Assembly (NCBI GenBank): GCA_048213135.1
Contig: PS015171.1
Coordinates: forward strand, 23,215 to 67,912
Length of the DNA: 44,698 nt
Source of the DNA: Reclinomonas americana ATCC 50394
Taxonomy: Eukaryota
Direction of reading: 5' to 3'
Shown piece by piece: positions 26,001 through 37,300 of the stretch (within the stretch, counting starts at the first letter, position 1; the number at the start of each line of letters is the position of its first letter). Under the pieces are notes generated by a model that saw only the letters and a list, made by a program, of their open reading frames with translations, was not told the origin of the DNA and made no database searches. The translations under genes were made by a program, and so were the position numbers.

Positions 26001-28795
26001 AGTACTCTTCGTCGGCTACCGCAGCGCTGTGATTCGACCGACTGCTGATCAGGTACCGATCTCCATGCCCGGTGTGGTCGGCCATGTCAGCATCGCTCAC
26101 TGGCACGACTTTGCCGGAGACGGCCGCACCCTTGTGGGTTCGATTGTCACGTGTGTCGGTGGTGCGGACAGCATGCACTTGCTCTTGTTGCACTCGTTTC
26201 GGATCGGCATGTCGCAGCAGGCGAGCGCGCAAGTCAAACAAGCGGCGCCGGCGAGCATTCGTGTCGGCGGCAGTGCCTCCATGCGCAGCTCCGCCGCTGG
26301 CAATGGGCGCCACCTTACCGTCGCCATCAGCCGTTATCGCGTACTGATCTCTCGAGTCAACGCGGCCCGACGCGTCCTCTGCGGCGTTGGCTTGACGCTG
26401 CAGTTCGTCAGCCTCGTGTGGCATCCGACGGAAGGTGCGCAAAAACTGCAATGCGCGCATGCATTGACGTGTGAGGAAGCAGTAGACGCCCGAGCAAGCC
26501 CTCCCGAGCATCGAACCTCCGAATACAAACGAAGCAGGCTGCGGTTGGTCGGGTATTCGACCACAAGGCGCTCGAACAGACGACTGAGTTTCGTCTCCAC
26601 CTCCTCGATGGTATCGATCAGAGGTGGCAGAACTTCCACGTTCACGTCTTCTTGCAGCACGTTCTTCCAGAATTTGCGATGCATGTTTCTGCAGCACCAA
26701 GCGGACACAGATGATTGACGGTGTCAGTGAGGAATGTAGTGCGCCAGCAATAAATGAAATGTACCGACACTTACCGCATGCGTGTCATGAGCTGACGGAT
26801 TTGTGTCATTTGTCGGCGCAGCGTGTCATCCTCCTCGACGTCGGCGATCTTCTTGACTACAAGGAAGACAATGAATTGCAGATCTATTGGCTGTTGATGC
26901 GGTTCGCCGGCTTCTGCTCGGTTGCGCAGAGTGAGTGCGCAGGGTACGAGAGGGAGAGGTGTCGAGTAGATGGAGGCAACGCACCCTTGATGACCTTGTA
27001 CACTTGACGAGAATCGACACCGTGCTGCATCATGAAAATGGCGTGGAACAAACGCAGGTGCTTGCTCTCGGGGAACATGAGAATGCCTGCGTGTGGCGAC
27101 GGAGAGACATAGTGTGGTGCTGAGTATGGAACATCTCGAAGCCGAGCAGACCAGATGTGCCTCACCATACTCAAATACGGCGTTCGCCCAAGCGGCGTAT
27201 GCCGGTCCGAGATATGCAGTGAGAACACAAGGGCGAGTGAGGATCTCGGCCTCGTATGCGCTCTGGAAGATGTCGTCGTCCATTTGGCCCTGCACACACA
27301 CAAACACGTGCGTGAGCACACAAAAGGGCGGACAGAGAGTAAGTACAAATGCATTTTCCCTCAAACACACCGCCTCCAACAGCGGCCCACTCGCCACAAT
27401 CTTGCTGAAAAACCGTGAATGCAAGTGCGCCACTCGGCTTGTCACTGTTCGTGCTCCAATAAATAGCGCCAGAGCACCGACCACGACGAACACAACGCCG
27501 GCAGCAATGGATGTACTCTCGCCACCAATCGATACTGCAGGGCGATCGAGGAAAAGTCAGCACGGCTTGTCAAGGTCGGTAACCGTGCAAGTTGAAAATA
27601 ATGCTCACCAATGGCGGCGGCACCGACTGCACTGGCGCTAAGAAGCAGCCAGGCACACCAAAACGTATTGGCCGACACCTTGTAGAAGGGCAGTCGATGC
27701 GCTGCGTGCCAAATGCACACACAGAGCAGGACTGAGGCAAGCACCGAGGCAAGGGGTGCCACCAGGGTGGAGGTGAAGTTGGGTACGAAAATGAGCACTG
27801 TCTTCAGCAGAGATGCGCCAAAAAAGGCACGGCCCGCTTGTGGACCGGCGGCGAACCCGTGCGCCATATATCGGTACTCGACGGCACTACATGCAGGCGT
27901 GTATCAGCATCACGAATATGCACGCTGACACGCAATGCGACGCAACAATGCAGAGCTTGCCAAAGCAATGGCAGTGTACGCCAAGGCGATTATGGTACCG
28001 AGTACACCCATGATGAGTGTGGGCAGAGTGGCGCACGCTTCCGTTTCGCCACCACTGTGGCCGAGGCGCACTATCGTGGACGACGAGTAGTCGCAGTGCA
28101 CGGGTGCGATGAGAGCAAGGCACACCGGCACATGCAACACGCTGAAGGTGAGCGGCGCATGCAGCTGGAGATATCGTGTCGCCAGTTGTCCTGCGTGGCA
28201 CGCCTGCATCCACTTCGGAAGAGCAGAGCGCGAGCTGGCCATGGAAATCACCAGCGCAATGACTGTTGGTGCAGCGTATAGGGCGGCGACGACGAACGCC
28301 ACCAAGCCCGACAGTGCCGAGTGGCTGATCAGTGGGACGAAGGAGGCTGGTATGTAGAGCACTCGCACCACGATGCCGGGAATGCCACTCTGTGCCCGAG
28401 CGAGACAACAGAGTGAGGTTCGGGACACAGAGAGAGGGGAAAATGGGAGGGTGTTTGGCGGTGGTGACGCACCCAGGCGAGGTAAGGCTGCAGAGCCAGA
28501 CCAAGGATCTGGAGACTCATGATGAAGACCAGCAGTTTTTCGACCCACGCGCCTCGGCGGTGACCGTGGGTAAGTCGTGCGCAGCCTTCACCAAAGAGCG
28601 GAAACAGCATCTCTTGCAGCGTTTGCAGGCGTGACTCATCGGCGCCGGCCACGCCGCTGGTGGCCGTGGAGAGCGCGGCACTGTACGCATGGATAGAGAG
28701 TGTAATGTTAGAGCTGTGTGACGACAGGAGAGAGGGAGGGACGGCAGAGTGCACCTGCTTGCGCCATCCTTGACACTACTGGCGGCAACAGACAT
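20047..28795 (-). CDS. Gene D: TmcB-like multi-pass membrane protein with 3 FixL-like PAS domains and a class III cyclase domain of C1 type (has the metal-binding Asps, lacks the catalytic Asn/Arg); paralog of gene C
   Basis: ATG at 28795 (MSVAASSVKDGAS) with a phase-2 first intron. Same architecture as gene C (FQSAYEAEILTR; FAAGPQAGR vs FTAGPLAGR). PAS repeats at about 21320-22900. The cyclase reads VTVFASDIVNFTRMSSQLSP...CKLIGDAYIAVCG...RVGVHTGP...FELYGDAIDNAVHLEE, followed by a low-complexity tail and TAA at 20047-20049. Confidence 0.85.
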
Positions 28796-29283
28796 TTGAT
28801 TGGTTTCCGAGCAAGGAGCGAGACGATGTTCACACTGTGTGGCGCCACGCAAAGTCGCCTCTCTCGCCACTCACTGCCACTTGTGTGTCAACGTCCTCGC
28901 ACAATTGGAACAGAAAAGTCACACACTGGTTTCTTTGTCTCGCACAATTGTTCAAAATCAACTGCAACGGTCGACGACCGTGATGTTGCCTTTTTTGGCG
29001 CGGAATGACCGCGAATCCAGTGAGATTCACAAGCACGGCCCGTGTGGCGCAAGAGACTACAGTGGCAGCGACGGGGGGGCAGGGGGTTTACTTTTTTTTT
29101 TTTTTTTCACTTCGACGCGGTTGACCTCGCATCTTCTTTGCGAGTTGGAATCTGTTCGCGATCGGTTTCTCGAATTCCGTGCAAACTGACGCACTGTAAA
29201 CGCTCTCTTTCGTCGTCACGGTGTAGAGAGTCGCAGACGGCAGGACGATTGGAATGCATCTCGTCGTCGTGTCGATACTCATT

Positions 29284-31391
29284 TTAATCGACTTCAATAT
29301 CAACGTGCAAGTGTAACGTGCCAGTGTCCTCGCACAGCCACACGCGTGGATCGGAGGCGCTGCGGTCAGCCGGTACAGCATCAATGTGCAGATCGAGACC
29401 AGAAGCCACAGGCGCCAATGAAGCATCCCACGCGGCCGCCAACCGGCGAGCACACTCACGAGCCTGCAGCAATTTTCTTTGTAAAACAACTAATTGCAAC
29501 GACTTTCCTCTGTTTCTGTGCGCGTGTGTAAACAAAGCGCACCTGTGACACTGTCACCGTGGGGTCGAAGTGGACTAGGCGGACGCCGCGCAGCTTGATT
29601 CGACACTCGTTGCAGATGGCGACCATGTCCTTGTTCCTTTGTGCGGCGGTCTAACATTGGCGGACAAGTTGGTGGTGGTGTGGCAAACGTGCGAGCTCGA
29701 TCGTAACACGTACCTTTTGCAGGGCGACACCGCGTGCACCCAGCGTGCGTATTCGGTAGCTGACCTCCTCGGCAGTGCTAGACTCGTTCACGTACAAGAA
29801 GCCGTGTACCGGATGCACGGGTGATTCGTGAGCTTCACGGCCCGTCGTGACAACCACGGACAGGAACGACCGATCTTCCGACGAGGTGCACTGGTGGATG
29901 TTTCGCTTTCCGGTGCGGAACACATGTGGCAAGGCAGTCATCCGATCGAGGAACGCGAGGTAACTGCATGCATCAGAGATACAGTGAGCAAGTGATGTTG
30001 CGCAGCCTCGACGCACGACACGCGCGCAGCAGTCCAACCTGGGCGATGTAGTGTGGTCAAACACCTCGGAGAACACGGCGCCCACATCCATGCTGTGCAC
30101 GGCCAGCTTTTCTTTTTCACGCGCAGACTCGTACACGAGTCGTCTGCACATGCACACCCACGATGAGTGCGCTCGAATGGAATCGGGCACGACTCCCAAG
30201 ACGCAACAGCCGATGACCGGCCGCCACGTCCACTCGCGAGAGCACATCATACCACGACTCGCTGGCCTCCTCCGTGTTAAGAACCACGCGGCCGGTGGCA
30301 TCCAGCCCGCTTGGTCTCTTCCGAGAGAAACACAGCCGCAGTCCACTCATCGACATCGATCGACCAGCGGGTGTGCTGCTCTTCGCTTTCAGCTCCGCAA
30401 TGAGCGTGTGGCTGATCTGCGCCTGCCTTCTCACGTCGCTCTCGTCTTCAAAGTGCACGTTTCGGAACGCCCACTCGTGCGTCAGCACGTGCTGCACGCT
30501 AATGAGACAACACTGATTGATGGTCACGCAATGTGAACAAAGACGTACGCAACTCGGTTCCAGTGAAACGCTCGATCGGCCTGCAATCGCTCCTCCTGAC
30601 GCAGCCGAATAAGGTCGACGTGCTGCGCCACGAATCGACGCAGCGTTCCTGCACGACCCAGACTCGGATCATCACGCGACAAGCCGAAATCCGAGTCCGA
30701 CTCGCTCTGCAGCAACATTGACACACGTATACACGCACAGAGAGAGAAACACGCGCGCGTACCAGATCGAGAGCATCGGTGGGCAGGCCAAACGCCTCAA
30801 ACACCGACAGCAGATTGCGCTGGAACTTGTTGAGCTTGACGGGCGGTGGATCTGTTGGCGCATGCACATGTCGCAAGCGAATGGCGACCCGCTGCAACTC
30901 ATGTCTGGCGACAGAGAGGGCGAGAAGGAGAGAGAGAGAGAGTGAAGCAGATGAGTTCTCTGCCGCACATCGATCGCACTCCACACACATACACACACAC
31001 CTCTGTATGTCAGCACTCTTCTTATCCGTCGGCTTCACAAAGAACTCCAGCTCGTGATTGGTGCGATCGTCGGGCTCATTCGCCGACACAGACTGCATAT
31101 ACGCCTGCAACTTTGCAAACGACGTCTCATTCGTCTCCTGCACCTCTCCAAAATGAGTGGCAACTTCGCCATACTCACTGCGATACACACAGAAACCTTC
31201 TCGTGCGGGAAATGCGCGGAGAACAAGTCGGGGTGAACGCGCATGTAGATCTTGCGCAAGTGCGAGCGCAGTGAGTGTGACTCGTCGGCTGTCTTTGATG
31301 ATGCTGTCGTCGCGTATACACATCGGTGTGGCAGCACAGCTCGAGGAAGCGTCGAGTGGAATGCACCAATGAGCCTTCTCACGATGATCAT
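29284..31391 (-). CDS. TCAIM: Gene E: T-cell activation inhibitor, mitochondrial (TCAIM)-like protein (DUF4460/DUF4461, degenerate J-domain)
   Basis: Presequence-like N-terminus. The spliced LRKIYMRVHPDLFSAHFPHEK-ETNETSFAKLQAYM matches the TCAIM/DUF4460 VHPDxF...E...NExS motif. Exons join in frame to TAA at 29284-29286. Confidence 0.75.
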
Positions 31392-31570
31392 TGCGAGCGG
31401 AACAAAAGCGCAGCGTCCTGCGAAGCTCACATTGTGCGATCGTCGTCAATCGTGCGCAGCGACTGTGTGTGTGTGTGTCTCTTTCTCTGTCTTTGTGTGT
31501 GTTCTCACCTGTGCGCAGTCTGTGTGTGTGTGTGCCCAGGCATCTATCATAAGCAAGAAAACCAGGCGTC

Positions 31571-34079
31571 ATGGGTCTTCGTGAGTTTCTGCGACGGACG
31601 AATCAAAAGGTCTCTCTACTCCCTCCCCCTCCCTTGTGTGGGTGTGTCTGTGTCTCTCCGTGAGAGTCAAGTCGCCTCACATACGATACGTGTCTCTTGT
31701 GCTCTGTGCGTGTGTATGTGGGAAATGGCCGTCGTCGTCGCAGTTCCTGCAAGGCGTGGGATTGGCCAAGGCCACTGGTGCGTGTGTGTGAGTGCGCGTG
31801 TGACTCTACACACACATGCGCAATCGAGCTGATGTCAAAAAAATCGCATTGTTCCATCGCATCGCATCCGCAGAGGACGAGGTCTTTGAGGCGACCAAGC
31901 AGCACGTGGGCGACTTGAAAAAGTGTGCCAAGCGCTTCGAGCCCATTCTGCGCAACCTCAGTGCGCAGTTGGCGATTGTGGTCGGCACGCTGCTGGAGTT
32001 GGAGACGGCGTTTGAGGAGGTGTATGAGCCCAAGACGCGTTTGCGCGGTGCGGTGTTGGAGCTCAAGGAGAATGTCGAGTCGGTGCACAAGTCGTTTGAT
32101 GCGTTTGTTGCGTGCACCGCTCTTGTTGTGCCCTTGTCTTGAGAGTGGCGATGATGATGACGATGGAAATCAATGGACACTGCAGAACGCCAAGATTGAG
32201 GAGGTCGCCGTGGAACCGGTGACGCGTTACTTGGGCTTGTGGGGACCGCTTGAGGTATTCGTCACTTGCGGTGATGTGCTGCATCATGGTTGTGACCGAC
32301 TGTGATGTGTGCGCAGGAGAAAATGAAGCAGCGGCAAGACTTCATGTTGGATTTCGACTCGCGTCGGCGGAAGCTGGCCAAGACGGAGAAGTCCAAGTCG
32401 CCGGATCCAGAGGTCCTGCAGCGGGTGCGTACTGCGGTGCAGCAGCTGTTGCGCACGTTGTACTCGGTCGCTCACGGTGTACTGCTCGAATCGCAGCGAC
32501 GCAACAAGACTGCGCAGTCCAAGGAGCAGTACGAGACCATGAACTTGGAATGTGTGCAGACCATGACAGACATGATCCGCAAGAAATTCGAGTTCTTCGA
32601 TCCTCTCCTGATCAACGTTGAGTGCACGCACACTGCCGGGCTGTGTGCACTACTCACTGCATTTTTTGGTGTGCGAAGGTGAACCTGACGGTGCTTGAAC
32701 TCTTTGCGTCGATGAGTTCGAGCCTGGACAATGTGCGGCCAACCATGGCGCGCCTCAAGCGTGAACAGGCGTCGTACGTGTACCAATACGACGAAGATGA
32801 TGATGTCGTGTTGCGTGTTTTTTCGGTCGGGCGCCCGTCCATAGAAGAAGTTTCCTGTTGACTCCACTTCATCTCCCCCGTTGAATTGCGCAGCGAGGGC
32901 GCATCGGCAAGTGCTGCAAGCGGCTCCTCGGCCGCTGCAGCCGCTGACTCCCCTGCGCCAACTCGGCGCATGAGTCAGGTGTGTGTGCATTTTATTTTTT
33001 CGTGCTGACTGCGCGTTACTGACACCGTCGACAATATCTGCAGTCGTCCATCACGCCGCCCGCCGCAGCATCGGCAAGCGCGGCCAGTGCGGCGCCCAAT
33101 CGAAGAGTTTCGCGTGGGAATAGGGCATTTTTGAAAGAAGAATGTCATCAATATGCGTTTTCTCACAATTAATGTGTGTGTGCGTGTGTGCAGGCGACTG
33201 TGACTGGTTAGTGTTCCTTATGTGCTTGTTCTCGGCATTGCTTGTGCGCTCATTACATTTTCTTTTCCTTGATCCAGGTCGCCCTCTGGATGGTGCGGAA
33301 CCACTCGTACGCCTTTTTGTCTGTCTGTCTGGACAACTCACCAAGCATCTGTCCCACAGTGTCATCGACGCCGGCCCCAGCAGCTGCTTCAGCGGTCAGT
33401 GGCGGTCATGATGACGACGATGACTTTGGCGCTCTGCGGGGCGGCCGGCGCCCAGTAAGCAGTTGCGTCGTTGCCTCTTCCATCGCCGTGCGTTTTTTTC
33501 CACGATCGCTTGTTTTGACGTGAAATTCGAACGCAGTGGCATCTGCACCAGTCGCGCCACCCAAGCCCGCTGCTGCTGCATCTCCGGCTCCAAGCGCGCC
33601 GCCGGCTCGTGTCGCACCTGGTACTCTAACACTTTCTGGCGCTCCTGGATCGTACCGCGTGACCTCATCCTCGCTTCGTATGAAAATGCAGTGGCAGTCG
33701 CACCCGTCAAAGCACCAGCCGCCGACGATTGGGCGAATGACGATTGGAGTGGTTTCGAGGACTTTGACTCACCGGCACCCGCCCGTGCCCCGCCCGCCGC
33801 AGCAAAATCCAGTGCCGCGCCAGCTGTCACCAGACCATCCAACCGCACCGGTGCGGTCGCAGCCCCCGCTGCAACCGCGAACCCCTTTGATGATGACGAC
33901 GACGGCGACAGCGACTCGGTGCCTCGTCCACAGTTCGGCGCCGGTGCACCCAAGAGCGGTTCTCTACTTCACGGCGGCAGCGGTGCGAACATTGCGTGCC
34001 AACACTCACCAGTTGATGACAATGTGTACTGACATTCTTTGGTGCAGGTGGCGGAGACGATCCATTTGGTTTCTTTTGA
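31571..34079 (+). CDS. Gene F: amphiphysin/Rvs-like N-BAR domain protein with an endocytic-motif tail and no SH3 domain; start uncertain
   Basis: Spliced FLQGVGLAKAT-EDEVFE...VAVEPVTRYLGLWGPLE-EKMKQRQDFMLDFDSRRRKL is typical of BAR helices. The Pro/Ala-rich tail has DDWSGF, NPF and a terminal DDPFGFF, with TGA at 34077-34079. Confidence 0.8.
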
Positions 34080-34370
34080 GCGCGTTACTCTTATCCACGT
34101 CTCACAACCCATGTAATTTTTTGAATGGAATGTGTTGATACCCCGTTCACTTGGTGTTGTGTTCACAATCCACACTGGGAGGCGAGCAGCACTGAGAGAG
34201 GAGAGAAGAAGTACACATTCGACTGGGACAGAGTTGTTTTCTGGTTGCGGTCCTGCCGATACGAGCAGCCTTGGTTGGCTTGTTCGAAGGAGAAGGACGG
34301 GCTGGATCAGAGACAAAAGACAAGGAAAGGCACAGAGAAATGTCCAGAGACTGGGCGCCATGTGCGCGTC

Positions 34371-37300
34371 TTACTGGCCCAGAGCGGCCCAGGTGAAGTC
34401 CACGGCTGGAGCACCAGGTCCCGGCACTGCAGCGCACACGTATCATGAGATCGAGAAACAATAGAGGCGCATAGATCGGCAGCACGCAACGGCCAAGTGC
34501 AGGGCCAGCCGGGTTCGTCAACGCGAGGCACGCCTGGAAGGCAGTGGCGGTCACATTGGCCGTCGTCAGAGAAATCGAGTAGGCGAGCGCAGTGCCGGCC
34601 ACATCGTAGACCGTGCGACTGGAGGAGTTGAGCTGCCAGCCGCGAGCAAACACCACCACTTGCGGCGCTGAAGTGAACGGCGTCGAAAACGTAATCGTGG
34701 TGCAGGTAGCCGAAGTCAGTGTGCCCTGCATACATCAAGAGAGTGGCAGTCAGTGACCAGCTGGCATCCGCACCGAGTACCACCAGTCACGCACCTCTCC
34801 ACCCTTGAGTCCAACGCCACCAGCATTGCCAGTCGCCTGCATGGCAATCCACGAGTACACGAGACGCGACACGCGAGCATCGGCGTACGCCCAGGCGCTA
34901 CGCAGCAAGCGACGTACATGAATGAGGCACAAGAGAATGTGCAACGGATAACCACGACAGATAACACACACCGATGCGTAAACGACTGTGTGCTCACACC
35001 CTCGACGGTGCCCGTAAAGTGCGCCGGACGGCGACCGTCCAAGTGCAAGTGACGAAGCGCTGCAACCACAGTGGGCGGCGAGTTGAAGCCGAGGAGCGAC
35101 TGATTGACGGCCTGATCGCGGCCCGGATCGGCAAGGAGCGAGCCAGACGGCGGCAGCGAGAACCAGTCGGAGCGCACTTGCGAGGAGTGGCTGACGGTGC
35201 CCTGCGCGGTGGCGCCGAGGTTGCGCGGCGTATAATGCGCCAGGATGTTGACTTGCAGATTCGTAATGCTATCACTGGCGTAGGCCAGGCAGCGCAGTGT
35301 CATGAAGCGCACATCGACACGCTGCACGGAGAGAGCAAAACACAATTTAGATCGCACGATGATCACACTCTGCAGCACATGAAAAGCACACCGTAGTCGA
35401 GCAATACACGCGCGAGTCACTAACAGCGGCCACAGCAAATGCGGAGATGCCGACGAGAACGTCCGGTGTGCCGGCTGACGACAGGAACATGCATGTGAGA
35501 ATTGCAGGGATAGGCACCCAGCATTCAAACACGCGCCAACAAACCGAAGCGCGAGTGGTTCGTCGGGTCCCATTCAATCTGCGTCTCAAAGGTGCGACTT
35601 CCCGTTCCGCCGTTGAACAGAGAATTCGCCCAGTCGGGGAAGAGCGGATCGGCGGCGACCGAGGAGTTGACAATGTCTACAACGTAGCGCGCGTGAGCAG
35701 TGGATCTGCGTACCAATGAAATCCCCCCGAGTGGACGCAACGAGTGCCCACAGCAATGACGCCACCAGGCACGGCAGCCCACGTAGTCCCGTCCGACTTG
35801 AGGTAGCAGACCTGGTAGGCGCCGCTGCTGGTGAACGTGGCCGTGGCGCCAAACGAGGTGCATGTGCCATCGGTGCCACAGTTCTTCACACCAACGTCAC
35901 CCGCAAGCGGGTCGTTTGACGGAAGCGACGATGCGAACGTGCCCTCCGTCGCCGGGCTGTTGCACAGATCCTTGCCAAAGACGACGGCCTTGATCTGGAG
36001 TGGTGCACATACACACATGAGTTCGCGAACGAGAAATGCGCGCTAGTCACCATGCACGCACATCGATGCAGCTGGTGAAGCGACCGAGAAGGCGAACGAG
36101 AGCCGCGGTGTTGGGGAGGAGACCATCCGCAGACGACAGCGTAGGAGTTGAATTCGGAGCCGCTGCACGAGGGACGCGTGCACGTTAATGCGACTGGCCA
36201 GCAACAAAACACATCAACGTGCGAGCACGAACCAGAGACGGCAAACTTGCCAAAGTCGACATCAGCGTTGCTGGAAACCGAGAGCTTGCCGCACAGACGA
36301 TATGGACCGGGTGTGGCCAGAGCAGTGCACGAGCTGCGCGTGTCGACCTGCAGCTCCAGACCAGTCAGGACGGTGGATCCCACCGTGATTGTGGTGTTTG
36401 GCAGCGAGGTGCCGTTGCATGCCGAGGTCGACGACACGTAGAACACGTTGCCGGCACCCGGCGTCAGTGCGGACAAGTCACCGCCCGTCACCGTGATCGT
36501 GGCGCCGACGATGCCCGAAGGCACCACATACACGCCCGACGACACCGTCGGCGACACTGTGCCACGCACGTTAGGAAACAGATGGTCATATGTGGGGGAA
36601 AAATAGAATCGACGCACAGATAGACACCGACAGGAAGAGCACTGGGCTGTACGAGACACCGCCATTGATCGACTGGCACAGAGTGAGTCCAGTGTAGCCA
36701 GTGGAGGTGGCCAGGGTGTTGAAGTTGAGTGTCACCGAGGTGGCAGAGGTGAAGGTCGTGATGCTAATCTCCGTCTGGGTGGCAGCATCTTGAGTGCAAG
36801 CCGCATTACTGAAGAGGTTGAACACCGTAAGGGCGGTGTTGCTGAAACCGCCACCGATGACCACAACCGGCTGCGTCAGGGTGCTGGTCAGCAGCAGGAT
36901 GCTCGTGGGCGAGACCGCGCACGGGCCAGCCACAGTCACAGTCGCGCCAGTCGGCGTGTAGGTGGTGCCGCCGTTAGTCGACGCACACAGCGTGAACGTG
37001 CCCGGTGCGACATCACCAGCCGCACTGGCGAATACCAACGTGGCCGAAGTCGCAGAGTTGATCGTTGGAGTGACAGTGGGGTTCGTGGCAAGAGTTCCGC
37101 ACAACCCCGTGCTCAGCACCGAGGTCGTCAGTCCAAACACCGGAGCGACGAGCGGGGCCGAGACGGTAAAGTTGGATCCCGCGACATCCACACTCTGTGT
37201 GAAGGGACCTCCGACCGCTGCACACACACGCGTAGTCAGCAGCGCACCAGAGCCGCGAGAGATGGCAAGAGGGGAATACGGGCAAACCTGCATTGCACTG

